Below are positions 42,081 through 51,682 of a stretch of 64,000 bases of DNA, one piece after another. Origin of the DNA: Acidimicrobiia bacterium (GTDB taxonomy: Bacteria > Actinomycetota > Acidimicrobiia > UBA2766); NCBI GenBank assembly GCA_020850945.1, contig JADZDR010000008.1, forward strand, positions 29,776-93,775, read 5' to 3'. Made by a program: the position numbers and the translations under genes. The notes under the pieces were generated by a model. It worked only from the letters and a program-made list of their open reading frames with translations, was not told the origin of the DNA and did no database searches. Each line of letters opens with the position of its first letter. Positions within the stretch are counted from its first letter, which is position 1.

Positions 42081-43459
42081 CGCGGCTCACCTCCGTCGTC
42101 TTCCGAGAAGTGCGCGAAGCGGGCGGCGCTCGCGGCCGGCACCCGCACCCGCAGGTGTGTACCCGAGTCGCCGTGCCTCTCCTCGAGCACGTCACCCATG
42201 GCGTGGGCGGCATGCACGACATCCCCTCTCTCGTAGGGCACGAGGAGCGTGAGCTCGCTCGCCCCCAGGTCCAAGGCGGACACCACGGCATCCACGAGGG
42301 TGTCGATTCCCTCGCCGGTCTCGACCGAAACGGCGACACTCCCAGGCATACGACGCAGGAGCCTTCCGACATCGGCCCCGTCGGCGAGATCGACCTTGTT
42401 CCAGACCACGATCTCGGGCACCGCACCTGCTCCGACTTCCGCCAGCACCTTGCGCACGACGTCCACCTGGGCCAGCGGGTCGACCGCCGACGCGTCGACG
42501 ACGTGGAGGAGCAGGTCCGCTTCCGTGCCCTCCTCCAACGTCGAATGGAACGCCCGCACGAGCTCGTGGGGGAGCTTGCGCACGAAACCGACCGTGTCGG
42601 AGAGCAGCACGGTCCGCCCGCCGGGCAACTCGGCTCGGCGCACTGTCGTGTCGAGGGTCGAGAACAGCCGGTCCTCGACCCTGACTCCGGCCGCGGTGAG
42701 CACGTTGAGGAGGCTCGACTTGCCGGCATTCGTGTAGCCCACGAGCGATACGGCGGCGAGCCCCGACCGGCGTCGCCCCTTGCGTTTCGTGCGCCGCGTC
42801 CGGTCCGTCGACTCCAACTCCCGCTTGAGGCGCGACACGCGTTCGAGGATTCTGCGGCGGTCCACCTCGAGGATCGTCTCACCGGGGCCGCGTGTGCCGA
42901 TCCCACCCCCGAGGCGGGACAGCATCGCGCCGCGGCCACGCAGGCGGGGAAGCCGATAGCGGAGCTGGGCCAGCTCGACCTGGACCTTCCCCTCGCGGGT
43001 CGTGGCGTGCTGGGCGAATATGTCGAGGATGAGCTGCGTCCGATCGAGGACCCGCCTGCCGCCGAAGGCCTCCTCCAGATTGCGCTGCTGGGCGGGGGTG
43101 AGCTCGTCGTCGAAGATGATCAGGGTGGCGTCGAAGATCTCCCCGTCCTCCTTGATCGCGTCGACCTTGCCCCGCCCCACGTAGGTCGCCGGGTCCGGGC
43201 CGCGGCGCACCTGCATGTGCCGTGCCACCGGCTCCGCCCCTGCCGTCTCGGCGAGGGCGGCGAGCTCCTCGAGCGACTGCTCCTCCGCCTCGACCTCACC
43301 GGCGTTGCGAGCGAGACCCACGAGTACTGCGCGATCGGTCTCCCAGTCCTCGCGCACGACCTCGTCGGGGCCGAGGCGGAGACGGCGGCCCGCCCCGACG
43401 GTCGTCTGTTCGGGATCCTCCCGCCGTGAGCGGCGCCTGCCCGGCTCGCCGCGAGTCAC
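42077..43459 (-). CDS. hflX: GTPase HflX
   Basis: GTG start overlapping the dapF stop (GTGA). HflX N-domain, then G-domain GYTNAGKSSL, DTVGF and NKVD. The track ORF is over-extended into dapF. Confidence 0.85.
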   Translation of the reverse strand: MTRGEPGRRRSRREDPEQTTVGAGRRLRLGPDEVVREDWETDRAVLVGLARNAGEVEAEEQSLEELAALAETAGAEPVARHMQVRRGPDPATYVGRGKVDAIKEDGEIFDATLIIFDDELTPAQQRNLEEAFGGRRVLDRTQLILDIFAQHATTREGKVQVELAQLRYRLPRLRGRGAMLSRLGGGIGTRGPGETILEVDRRRILERVSRLKRELESTDRTRRTKRKGRRRSGLAAVSLVGYTNAGKSSLLNVLTAAGVRVEDRLFSTLDTTVRRAELPGGRTVLLSDTVGFVRKLPHELVRAFHSTLEEGTEADLLLHVVDASAVDPLAQVDVVRKVLAEVGAGAVPEIVVWNKVDLADGADVGRLLRRMPGSVAVSVETGEGIDTLVDAVVSALDLGASELTLLVPYERGDVVHAAHAMGDVLEERHGDSGTHLRVRVPAASAARFAHFSEDDGGEPR

Positions 43460-44304
43460 AAGCCCAGGGCCCGCGTGTCGACGGTGGCCGTGAAGACCTC
43501 GACAGCCGGGCCGGTCAGGACGACCGTGTCGCCGAGATCGACGAGGAGGTCGCCGCCGGGGAGGCTGACCGTGACATGCCGGCCCACGTGCTCGAGGCGG
43601 TGGGACACGGCAGCAACCGCACACGCGCCCGTTCCACAGGCCATCGTCTCGCCCACGCCCCGCTCCCAGACACGAGCGCGTACGTGCCCCCGGTCGAGGA
43701 CGCGAACGAAGCTCACGTTCACCCCATGCGGAAAACGATCGTCCGTTTCGACCGTCGCGCCCCACGCTGCGACGGGGACGGCCTCGGGGTCCTCGACGAA
43801 GAGGACCGCGTGGGGATTGCCCATGCTCGCGAACCAGGCGTCGTGCCCGGAGTCGTCGAGGTGCACACGCACGGACTCGTCCCCGGGGCCGGCGGTGACC
43901 GGGATCTCCTGCGGCTCGAAGGAGGGCGGACCCATGTCGACGCTGACACGGCATACGCGGCCCCGTGCGTCGTGATGGACGACTACGTGCTTCGGACCCG
44001 ACCTCGTCTCGATCGTCGCCTCGGTACCGGTGAGGATCCCGCGATCGAAGCAGAACTTCGCGAAGCAGCGCACCCCGTTGCCGCACATCTCGGGTCGCGA
44101 TGCGTCGGCGTTACGGTGATCCATGAACACGCGTCCCGAGCCGAGCGCCACGACCCTGATGACTCCGTCGGCCCCCACGCCCCGGCGGCGCTCACAGAGG
44201 CGGGTCACGGTCAGATCATCGAGGTCGAACGCGTCCTCGAGATCCTCGAAGACCAGGAAGTCGTTCGATGCCCCGTGCGCCTTGACGATCTCGAGTCGAC
44301 TCAA
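43456..44304 (-). CDS. dapF: diaminopimelate epimerase
   Basis: DapF motifs (HGASNDFLVF, CGNGVRC, ACGTGACA). The likely start is TTG at 44304, abutting the miaA stop. The ATG at 44358 would overlap miaA by 57 nt. Confidence 0.8.
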   Translation of the reverse strand: MSRLEIVKAHGASNDFLVFEDLEDAFDLDDLTVTRLCERRRGVGADGVIRVVALGSGRVFMDHRNADASRPEMCGNGVRCFAKFCFDRGILTGTEATIETRSGPKHVVVHHDARGRVCRVSVDMGPPSFEPQEIPVTAGPGDESVRVHLDDSGHDAWFASMGNPHAVLFVEDPEAVPVAAWGATVETDDRFPHGVNVSFVRVLDRGHVRARVWERGVGETMACGTGACAVAAVSHRLEHVGRHVTVSLPGGDLLVDLGDTVVLTGPAVEVFTATVDTRALGL

Positions 44305-45266
44305 GTCCCTCCCTCGGACAGGAACTCCGTCAGCCTGTCCGTGACATCTGCGTCGCACTCCGCTTCGGGGTCGAACCAGTGTGCTCGCGGCTCACGTCGG
44401 AACCAGGTGAGCTGGCGCCTCGCGAACGCCCGCGTGCGTCGCCGCACACACTCGATCGCCTCGGACATCTCCATTTCGCCCCGGAGGACGAGGTGCAGCT
44501 CAGCATATCCGATGGCCGCACGCGCGGTTTTCGACAATTCACCGTACTCACGCCCCAGATGCGCCACCTCGTCCAGCCACCCGGACGCCAACATGGTGTC
44601 GATTCGCGTGTCGATCCGTTGATACAGAAGCGACCTGTCGGCGGGCGCGACGACGGCAAAGCGCACGTCGAAATCGCTGCTCCGGCCCGACCACGCTGCA
44701 TCCGGGGGTGTGACACCGTCGAGGGCCTGCTCGACCTGGCGCAGGACGCGGCGCGGGTTTGCGAGGTCGGTGCGGGCGGCTCGGTCGGGTGCGAGGCGCT
44801 CGAGGAGGCCGACGAGATCTCCCGCCGGCATCGCCTCGAGCTCCACGCGACGCGCGGCGTCCGGCCTGCCTCCGAACTCGATGTCGTCCGTCGCCGCCCG
44901 CAGGTAGAGGCCCGATCCCCCCACGAGGAGCGGAAACCGGCCGCGGTGCTGCACGTCGGCGAGGGCCGTCCGGGCGTGGTTCTGGAAGTCGGCGGCGGAG
45001 AACTCCTCGACCGGGTCGACGATGTCGAGGCAGTGGTGCGGGACCTGCGCCCGCGCCTCACGGGTCGGCTTCGCCGTGCCGATGTCCATGCCCCGATAGA
45101 CGCAGAAGGCGTCCGCCATCACGACTTCGGCGCCGAGCCGCTCGGCCAGGCGGAGGGAGATCTCGGTCTTTCCCGATGCGGTCGGGCCGGCGAGGACCCC
45201 GACACGGCCCCGCCGCTCAGCCGGCAAGTTCGCCGGTGAGGTAGTGCGAGGCGGCACCGGTGACAC
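44301..45266 (-). CDS. miaA: tRNA dimethylallyltransferase
   Basis: P-loop GPTASGKT then a MiaA core. The start may be an internal GTG near 45203, because the ATG at 45266 overlaps the miaB 3' end by 50 nt. Confidence 0.8.
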   Translation of the reverse strand: MSPVPPRTTSPANLPAERRGRVGVLAGPTASGKTEISLRLAERLGAEVVMADAFCVYRGMDIGTAKPTREARAQVPHHCLDIVDPVEEFSAADFQNHARTALADVQHRGRFPLLVGGSGLYLRAATDDIEFGGRPDAARRVELEAMPAGDLVGLLERLAPDRAARTDLANPRRVLRQVEQALDGVTPPDAAWSGRSSDFDVRFAVVAPADRSLLYQRIDTRIDTMLASGWLDEVAHLGREYGELSKTARAAIGYAELHLVLRGEMEMSEAIECVRRRTRAFARRQLTWFRREPRAHWFDPEAECDADVTDRLTEFLSEGGT

Positions 45267-46539
45267 GTGCCGTCCGCAACGATCCCGGCGCCGTGTTCCC
45301 GTCGTCTGGTACGTGCACGAGCTTGCCGCCCCGCGTGCGGCCGGTCAGCCGCGACGTGTCCTTTTTCGAGGGGCCCTCGACGAGGATCTCGACGTCACGA
45401 CCGACGAGCTCGAGGTTCCGGGACCAGGAGATGGCGCCCTGGAGGTCCGTGAGCCTGCGGTAGCGATCTTCCTTCTCTTCCACCGGCGTGGGATCGTCCA
45501 GTTCCGCCGCGACCGTGCCGGGCCGGGGGCTGTAGACGAAGGTGAACGCCGAGTCGAACTGCGCCGCCTCGACGAGGTCGAGGGTCGCCTGGAAGTCGGC
45601 CTCCGTCTCACCCGGGAAGCCCACGATGATGTCCGTGCTCACTGTGAGATCCTGAATCCCCGCCCGGGCGGACTCGAGTCGCTCGAGATAGCGGGCTGCG
45701 GTGTAGCCACGGTGCATGGCCGCGAGCACACGATCGGACCCGGCTTGGACGGGCAGGTGGAGCTGTTCGCACACGGTTTCGCATTCGGCCATGGCCGCGA
45801 CGGTCTCGGGGCGCAGGTCCTTGGGATGGGGGCTCGTGAAGCGGATGCGCTGGATGCCGGCCACACCGTCGACAGAGCGGAGGAGGTCGGCGAAGAGGGG
45901 ACGGCGGCCGTCGAGGTCACGCCCGTAGGAGTTGACGTTCTGGCCGAGCAAGGTGACCTCCACGACCCCGTCGGCAGCGAGCATCTCGCATTCCGCCACG
46001 ATGTCCGCGGCCCGCCGGCTCACCTCGCGCCCGCGCACGGCGGGGACTATGCAGAAGGTGCAGGAGTTGTCGCAGCCGATCGCGATCGTCACCCACGCCG
46101 TATGCGCCTTGTCGCGGGCGGCGGGCAGCGTCGAGGGGAAGGTTGCCGTCTCGGCGGCGATCTCGACGACGGGCGTGTCGGACGCCGCGGCCGTGTCGAG
46201 GAGGTCGGGGAGGCGGGCGAGGTTGTGCGTCCCGAACACGACGTCGACGGCAGGTGCCCTGGCGGCCAGGTCCGCTCCGTCCTTCTGGGCGAGGCAGCCG
46301 CCCACAGCCACGGTCAGGCCAGGCCGGCGCGCCTTCTCGGCGCGTAGCCGGCCGAGCTGGCCGTACAGGCGCTGGTCGGCGTTCTCGCGGATGCAGCACG
46401 TGTTGAAGAGGACGAGATCGGCGTCCTCGACCGCATCCGTGCGTTCGAGGCCGCGGGCATCGAGGAGACCGGCGATGCGCTCCGAATCGTGCTCGTTCAT
46501 CTGGCAGCCGAACGTGCGGAGGAGGTAGCGACCCGACAT
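45217..46539 (-). CDS. miaB: tRNA-2-methylthio-N6-dimethylallyladenosine synthase
   Basis: Starts MSGRYLLRTFGCQMNEHDSE... with a radical-SAM CxxxCxxC (CDNSCTFC) and TRAM domain. The upstream 95 codons of the track ORF are rejected. Confidence 0.9.
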   Translation of the reverse strand: MSGRYLLRTFGCQMNEHDSERIAGLLDARGLERTDAVEDADLVLFNTCCIRENADQRLYGQLGRLRAEKARRPGLTVAVGGCLAQKDGADLAARAPAVDVVFGTHNLARLPDLLDTAAASDTPVVEIAAETATFPSTLPAARDKAHTAWVTIAIGCDNSCTFCIVPAVRGREVSRRAADIVAECEMLAADGVVEVTLLGQNVNSYGRDLDGRRPLFADLLRSVDGVAGIQRIRFTSPHPKDLRPETVAAMAECETVCEQLHLPVQAGSDRVLAAMHRGYTAARYLERLESARAGIQDLTVSTDIIVGFPGETEADFQATLDLVEAAQFDSAFTFVYSPRPGTVAAELDDPTPVEEKEDRYRRLTDLQGAISWSRNLELVGRDVEILVEGPSKKDTSRLTGRTRGGKLVHVPDDGNTAPGSLRTARVTGAASHYLTGELAG

Positions 46540-46580
46540 CGGGTCAGTGTACCGGTGGCTGGGTGGGACGAACTCGGCGC

Positions 46581-47009
46581 TCAGGCGTCGTCGCGGCTCC
46601 CGGCGGGTGCGCGAAACAGGGATGTCACCTCGGATGCCGTGTCTGCGAGCGGGGCATCGTAGGTGGACGCGGCGGCTTCCGCTGTCGACGACATCGAATC
46701 GGGATGGCCCGTGGACACTGAGATGTCGAGCTCCACACGCGTCGGCGCGCGGTGCTCGACGGTGAGGCGGATCGCCGTGCGGGTCTGTCCGTCGATCACG
46801 ACCTCGTTGAACTCGGGAATGCACACGATGTCGATCTCGTCGTCGACGAGATACGTGCGGGCGATCGCGATCGCCTTCACACCCTGGTTGAGGGCGCCCG
46901 CCCCTATCACCTGCATGTCACATGAGCTGCGTTCACGCAGGATGCCTGCGAGGGCCCCGGCGACGCTGTGGGGCACCGACCGAGACGAGACCTTGAGACT
47001 GTGAGTCAT
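46581..47009 (-). CDS. SpoVS-family (stage V sporulation protein S-like) protein with a C-terminal extension of about 55 aa
   Basis: From Met MTHSLKVSSRSVPHSVAGALAGILRERSSCDMQVIGAGALNQGVKAIAIARTYL...CIPEFNEVVIDGQTRTAIRLTVEHR, which is colinear with Bacillus SpoVS (86 aa) over its whole length, followed by an unrelated Ala/Ser/Thr-rich tail. Confidence 0.65.
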   Translation of the reverse strand: MTHSLKVSSRSVPHSVAGALAGILRERSSCDMQVIGAGALNQGVKAIAIARTYLVDDEIDIVCIPEFNEVVIDGQTRTAIRLTVEHRAPTRVELDISVSTGHPDSMSSTAEAAASTYDAPLADTASEVTSLFRAPAGSRDDA

Positions 47010-47289
47010 GCCAACCCCCACGTCCAGCGCGGGAGAGCAGCCGGCGGCATCGTAGCCGAGTCTGGCTCGTCGAGCGGCTGCATGGCCCTCCTGCCCTCGC
47101 TGCGCACCGAACCCCCCGACTCCTGCTTCTACTAACGCAAGAAGCCGAGCCCGAATACGACACTAGCCGTATTCCCTATCGGGTGTGCGCCCTGTGAACA
47201 GGCTTGTCTACAGAAGAAAGGTGGTTTGATAGGTTTTATCCCGATTTGCCGACCTCGGCTGACTCGAATAATCCCTGAAAGGGGATCAC

Positions 47290-50200
47290 TCACTCCGGGT
47301 CCGCGGCCGGTTCCGCCGGCACACCGGCAACCTCGAGGTCCGCCAACAGGTCGGCGTCACCCGCCTCGCTCGTGTCGGCGGTGTCGACGGGGTCGGGACT
47401 GAAGACCTCGCGCACTCGCTCCGTGAGCTCGAGAGCGATGTCGGGATTCTCGGCAAGGAAGGCCTTGGCGTTCTCACGGCCCTGCCCGAGCTGTTCGCCC
47501 TCGTAGGTGAACCAGGCGCCGCTCTTCTGGACGAGGCCGGCGTCGACCGCCACGTCGAGAAGTGAACCCTCGCGGCTGATCCCCTTGCCGTACATGATGT
47601 CGAACTCCGCCTGCCTGAATGGCGCCGAGCAGTTTGCCACGACACAGCCCTCGGCCACGAAGGTGTGATGCTCGTCGACTTCGATATCGAAAACCTCACA
47701 TCTCTCGGAGGGAAGCACAGCTTCGATCCGTGCATAATGCAGGTCCTCGTCGAGCACGGCCCGGAGAAACTCGCTGTCGAGCGCATCGGCCAGCCGTTCG
47801 ATCCGATCTCTTCGCAGACGGCGCGCGCCGAGCACGAGCCTCAGGCTGTCACCCGCCCCCGCACCCGCTCCCAAGAGCCGGCCGACGAATGACGGCGTCA
47901 ACCCCCGCCCTCGCAGGTACGCCAAGACAGGTTCGGTCTGGGACGCGGGAAGGTAGTTCGTCTGGGAACCACGGTGCTTGCGCAACTCGGGATCCGCCAG
48001 GGACTCGACGAGCTTCGTCCCCCGCGGGCCCCACATCGGGAGGGCCTCGGCGAATCGTGTGACGTTGTCGATGCCACTCAAACGCACTTCCCAGCATGGC
48101 CGCCTCGCTTGTACCACCCGTCCCTTGATGAGGCTCGGCCGCTGACTCGTCGGGTCGTACACCCTCACCGATGTCCAAATGTCGAACCGCAGCAGGAGCC
48201 AATGAACCTGGTGGGCGAGCTGCTCTGATGTCGTCACGAATCCGCACCGGATCCCCCCGGTTTGCTCCCGACTCACGTACCCGTCCGTCTCCCAGAGGCC
48301 GAAGAGCAGGTTGCCGAGCACCTCCGCCGACACGTCGGAGGCGAAGAAGTCCGGTGGTATCCGCTTCTCGGGTGCCAGATGTCCCCAGATTCCCGCCCAA
48401 CGCACCAGCGCGAGGAGCTCGCTCTCCCTTCCAGAGCGGAAGGAGAAGCTCGTCTCGATCCCACGCCGTCTGGCCGAACAGCCGAGTGACTCGGCGATCT
48501 CGATGGCGTCCTGCTGCAACGACTCGGCCACGTTGATGAATGTCACCGGCGTCTTGCCACCCACATACCCGTCCCCGATCAGGTAGCCGAGGAGCCGGGC
48601 GTGGGCAGGGGGGACAGGCTCGGTATCACCGAACTCCCCCAAGCTGCGGGGCCGGGCAATTCGGTCACCTGCTCGCAAATCGCCGGCCGGACACCAACCC
48701 TTGTCCGTGAGGATCTTGTGGTCCGGTGTCACACGCAGGACCGTGCCATCGCGAAGTCGCAAACCGATGACGTCACGCACCCCTTGGGCGAAGCGGTTGA
48801 CGATGCGCCGCACATGCAGCTTCCCGGCCTTGTCGGCGGCAACCACGGCCTCACCCTGCTCACCTGTGACGATGTCTTCGATTCGGTGCGTCAGGCCTGT
48901 GGTCGGATCGAAGACGCGGGTACCGGCCGCGACGCACTTGTTCTTGGCGACCTTCACCCGCACCCGGTTGCCGACCGCCTCGGTGCCGACCTTGATCGAG
49001 TCGATGCGGCGCACGTCGAGACGCACCGACGAATAGAACTTGAGGGCTCGCCCACCCGATGTCGTCTCGGGTGAGTTGTGCACCATGACGCCGTCCACGA
49101 AGTAGTTGTGGGTCCCCTCGACCTCCAGATCGAAGCGATGCGTGTGCTTCCCGTTGGGCGGACCGACCCGGATGTCTGTTATCGGCATCGGCACCAGAAC
49201 CCGGCGCATCGGCGTGAAGATGGGCTGAACCGCGAACCGCCCTCGGAACTTCGGGAGCAGCTTGTAGTCCATCGACGGATGGACGAAGGGTGCGATCAGA
49301 GCGTGGAACGCCTCGGTCGCAGCCTTCGGGAACTGCAGGACCGCCTTGCGCGACTCGCCTCGGTAAACCAGCTTCGCCTGGATTCCCCAGGTGTCCGCGA
49401 GCAAGTCGACGAGGCGCCGGCGTGTGGCGGGGTCCATGGCTTCGATGCAGATCTCGCATCTGCCGCTCCCCCCCGCCGTTCGCGCCTGTTTCCCTTCGGT
49501 ACGGAGCTGGAAGGTGCCGTCATCCATGTACCAGAGGGCCAAGGCCAACGGCGTGAGCGCCTTCAGGTACTCGTCGCTGAACACCTTCTTGCCGCCGACG
49601 TACACGGACCTGCGAAGTTCCGCCAGCTCAGGAAGCGGACGCATGTCGAAGAAGATCGCTGCCTCTGCGTTGGTCGAGCGAGAAGTACCGATGTTCGCGA
49701 AGAGGGATGCCTTCCATTCCGCATATTCGGTCTGCTTCTTGCCATGACCCCACCTGAAGCGGGCTCCATGCCCACTGCGTGTGGGGGACAGAGCCCCGTC
49801 ACCCATCAGGGACCCGAGGATGACCTCCCGCTGGAAATCGGAGAGATGCTCTGGCACCTCTTGAAGCACCCGATCGCCAACCGAGAGCGCCTGTGCCTCC
49901 TTCCAGCCTCTCGGGGTGCGAATCCTGTGATTCGCCGTGCAGGAGAACTGGGCTCGACCGTTGCCGCCACCTCTCGCAACGCTGAAGCGGTAGAACTCGT
50001 CGGTCCGACCGTTGTCGAACCAGCCCACCACCCGCTTGGGTACCACGGCATCTTTGTCCGCGTCGTATGAGAGCACCTCGACCGGGAGTTTCTGGTTGAC
50101 GATCTTGCCGATCTTCTCCTGCGTTCCGTCCGCCAAAGTCACTCGCGTGCTGTAGTCGAAGCAGCCGAAGAGCACTCCCACCTTCTCACGGAGCTGGTTG

Positions 50201-50871
50201 ATGAAGATCATGATCGTGTTCGTCTTGGAGATCGTGCCCGAGAGCTTGCGCAGCGCCTGACTCATGAGTCGTGCCTGCAAACCGACGTGCGTGTCGCCCA
50301 TCTCGCCGTCGAGCTCGGCCTTGGGCACGAGGGCGGCGACCGAGTCGATCACGATCACGTCGAGGGCGCCCGATCGGATCAGCATGTCGGCGATCTCGAG
50401 CGCCTGCTCCCCCGTGTCGGGCTGGGAGATGTAGAGCTCGTCGATGTCGACGCCGAGGTTGCGGGAGTAGACGGGGTCGAGGGCGTGCTCGGCGTCGATG
50501 AACGCGCAGACTCCCCCGTTGCGCTGCGCCTCGGCGATCACGTGCAGGGCGAGCGACGTCTTCCCGCTGCTCTCGGGCCCGTACACCTCGACGATGCGTC
50601 CCCGCGGCAGGCCGCCGATGCCCAACGCGAGGTCGAGCGAGAGGGCACCGGTCGACACGACACCCTGTTCCTGCTTGAACGTGTCGTCCCCGAGCTTCAT
50701 GAGGGCACCCTTGCCGAACTGGCGCTCGATCTGGCTCACCGCCATGCCGATCGCCTTCTCGCGGGTGCCGTTCGAGTCCGGTCCGCCCCCTCGCCCCGAG
50801 ATCGGGGTCACCTTCGCCACGTTCCCCTTCGCGCCGCCCTTCGTGTTGCCCTTCGACGTGATCTGCGCCAT
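47290..50871 (-). CDS. recA: recombinase RecA precursor containing two inteins (mature RecA about 395 aa)
   Basis: 1193 codons. The exteins are 236 aa (with Walker A GPESSGKT), 46 aa and 113 aa, and are colinear with RecA. Two in-frame inserts of 363 and 435 aa carry intein and LAGLIDADG signatures. The N-terminal start (ATG 50871) is uncertain by about 20-30 codons. Confidence 0.85.
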   Translation of the reverse strand: MAQITSKGNTKGGAKGNVAKVTPISGRGGGPDSNGTREKAIGMAVSQIERQFGKGALMKLGDDTFKQEQGVVSTGALSLDLALGIGGLPRGRIVEVYGPESSGKTSLALHVIAEAQRNGGVCAFIDAEHALDPVYSRNLGVDIDELYISQPDTGEQALEIADMLIRSGALDVIVIDSVAALVPKAELDGEMGDTHVGLQARLMSQALRKLSGTISKTNTIMIFINQLREKVGVLFGCFDYSTRVTLADGTQEKIGKIVNQKLPVEVLSYDADKDAVVPKRVVGWFDNGRTDEFYRFSVARGGGNGRAQFSCTANHRIRTPRGWKEAQALSVGDRVLQEVPEHLSDFQREVILGSLMGDGALSPTRSGHGARFRWGHGKKQTEYAEWKASLFANIGTSRSTNAEAAIFFDMRPLPELAELRRSVYVGGKKVFSDEYLKALTPLALALWYMDDGTFQLRTEGKQARTAGGSGRCEICIEAMDPATRRRLVDLLADTWGIQAKLVYRGESRKAVLQFPKAATEAFHALIAPFVHPSMDYKLLPKFRGRFAVQPIFTPMRRVLVPMPITDIRVGPPNGKHTHRFDLEVEGTHNYFVDGVMVHNSPETTSGGRALKFYSSVRLDVRRIDSIKVGTEAVGNRVRVKVAKNKCVAAGTRVFDPTTGLTHRIEDIVTGEQGEAVVAADKAGKLHVRRIVNRFAQGVRDVIGLRLRDGTVLRVTPDHKILTDKGWCPAGDLRAGDRIARPRSLGEFGDTEPVPPAHARLLGYLIGDGYVGGKTPVTFINVAESLQQDAIEIAESLGCSARRRGIETSFSFRSGRESELLALVRWAGIWGHLAPEKRIPPDFFASDVSAEVLGNLLFGLWETDGYVSREQTGGIRCGFVTTSEQLAHQVHWLLLRFDIWTSVRVYDPTSQRPSLIKGRVVQARRPCWEVRLSGIDNVTRFAEALPMWGPRGTKLVESLADPELRKHRGSQTNYLPASQTEPVLAYLRGRGLTPSFVGRLLGAGAGAGDSLRLVLGARRLRRDRIERLADALDSEFLRAVLDEDLHYARIEAVLPSERCEVFDIEVDEHHTFVAEGCVVANCSAPFRQAEFDIMYGKGISREGSLLDVAVDAGLVQKSGAWFTYEGEQLGQGRENAKAFLAENPDIALELTERVREVFSPDPVDTADTSEAGDADLLADLEVAGVPAEPAADPE
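47632..48936 (-). mobile_element. RecA intein 2 (435 aa) with LAGLIDADG homing endonuclease domain, inserted KVAKNK|C...CVVAN|CSAPFRQ
   Basis: N-terminal Cys, block [18 protein letters not shown]-like [10 protein letters not shown] and [12 protein letters not shown]-terminal Asn followed by Cys. The penultimate residue is Ala rather than His. Confidence 0.8.
49075..50163 (-). mobile_element. RecA intein 1 (363 aa) with LAGLIDADG homing endonuclease domain, inserted KVGVLFG|C...VMVHN|SPETTSGG
   Basis: N-terminal Cys, block [18 protein letters not shown]-like [11 protein letters not shown] and [11 protein letters not shown]-terminal His-Asn followed by Ser. Confidence 0.8.
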
Positions 50872-50913
50872 GGTCCGTCCCTCTCTGCCTCGTCCTCTGC
50901 CTCCGGGTCTGTC

Positions 50914-50952
50914 CCGACTCGCCTTCCCGACTCGCCTTCTCGACTCGCCTCG
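50914..50952. repeat. 3 x 13-bp tandem direct repeat (CCGACTCGCCTTC x2, TCGACTCGCCTCG) in the recA leader
   Basis: Read directly. Lies 43-81 nt upstream of the annotated recA ATG. Confidence 0.8.
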
Positions 50953-51049
50953 GAGACCGTACCGGCGGGTTGTGACACAAAATCTCTCGGCACGGAATGT
51001 CACACCTGGAATTCCAGCCATGATATTCCGGACGTGCCGGGAGACTCTA

Positions 51050-51064
51050 TCGAACGCATGTTCG
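51050..51064. promoter_or_regulatory. LexA SOS box TCGAACGCATGTTCG upstream of recA
   Basis: Close match to the consensus TCGAAC-N4-GTTCGA, about 180 nt upstream of the recA start on the recA side of the intergenic region. Confidence 0.7.
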
Positions 51065-51103
51065 CCCGGCAAGGATCCCGGAGCGGAGCCGGGCCGAGTC
51101 CGG

Positions 51104-51682
51104 TCAGGTCTGGAGGGGGAACGTGTCGATCGAGACGTAGCGGGCACCGCTCGACTCGAGGCGTGACTCCATGAGGGTGACCTCCTCCACCACGCACGAC
51201 ACGTCGGGTGGGTCGATCGCGGCCACGACGGTCGACACGTCACCGGGATCACGCAAGCGGCCGATCGTGAGATGGGGCCGGAACTCCCGTGCCTCGGGCT
51301 CGAAGCCGAGCTTGGCCGTCTGGTCGCTCACCGAGGTCGAGAGCGCGGCGAGCCGGCTCTCGGGGTCGTCGACTCCGACCCACACGACCCGCGCGCGCCG
51401 CGGCGAGGGGAAGGCTCCGGAGCCCCCGAAGGTGATCCGGAAGGGGCGGATGCGGCCGGCCGCGAACGCGCACGCGAGCCTGATCCTGTCGACCAGGTCC
51501 GATTCGACATGGCCGAGGAACTGCAGGGTGAGATGCCATGCCTCCGGCTCGATCCACCGCCCCGTGGGCAGGTCCGGCAGCATCCCGAGGCCGGCGGCGA
51601 GCTCCTCGCGCACATGCCGCCCCGGGACCGCAGCGACGAAGAGGCGGATCCGGTCACCCACTGGGCGGCCCTGTCCCTGCAT
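51104..51682 (-). CDS. thpR: RNA 2',3'-cyclic phosphodiesterase (2H phosphoesterase, LigT/ThpR family)
   Basis: Two H-x-T/S-x motifs (HLTLQFLG and HLTIGRL). The start is uncertain; a GTG near 51661 is possible because the ATG overlaps the cinA 3' end. Confidence 0.75.
   Translation of the reverse strand: MQGQGRPVGDRIRLFVAAVPGRHVREELAAGLGMLPDLPTGRWIEPEAWHLTLQFLGHVESDLVDRIRLACAFAAGRIRPFRITFGGSGAFPSPRRARVVWVGVDDPESRLAALSTSVSDQTAKLGFEPEAREFRPHLTIGRLRDPGDVSTVVAAIDPPDVSCVVEEVTLMESRLESSGARYVSIDTFPLQT

Noticed and set aside
47022-47289. Intrinsic terminator for recA in the AT-richer spacer
   Set aside because: Two short hairpins exist, but neither is followed by a U-tract on the recA-sense strand. 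Termination here may be hairpin-only (I-shaped) or absent, and it cannot be called from sequence alone.
47286-47786. 166-aa minus ORF overlapping the recA 3' end, which might have been recX
   Set aside because: It lies entirely within the recA reading frame in another phase. It is Ser/Arg/Pro-rich with no RecX helix-repeat character.
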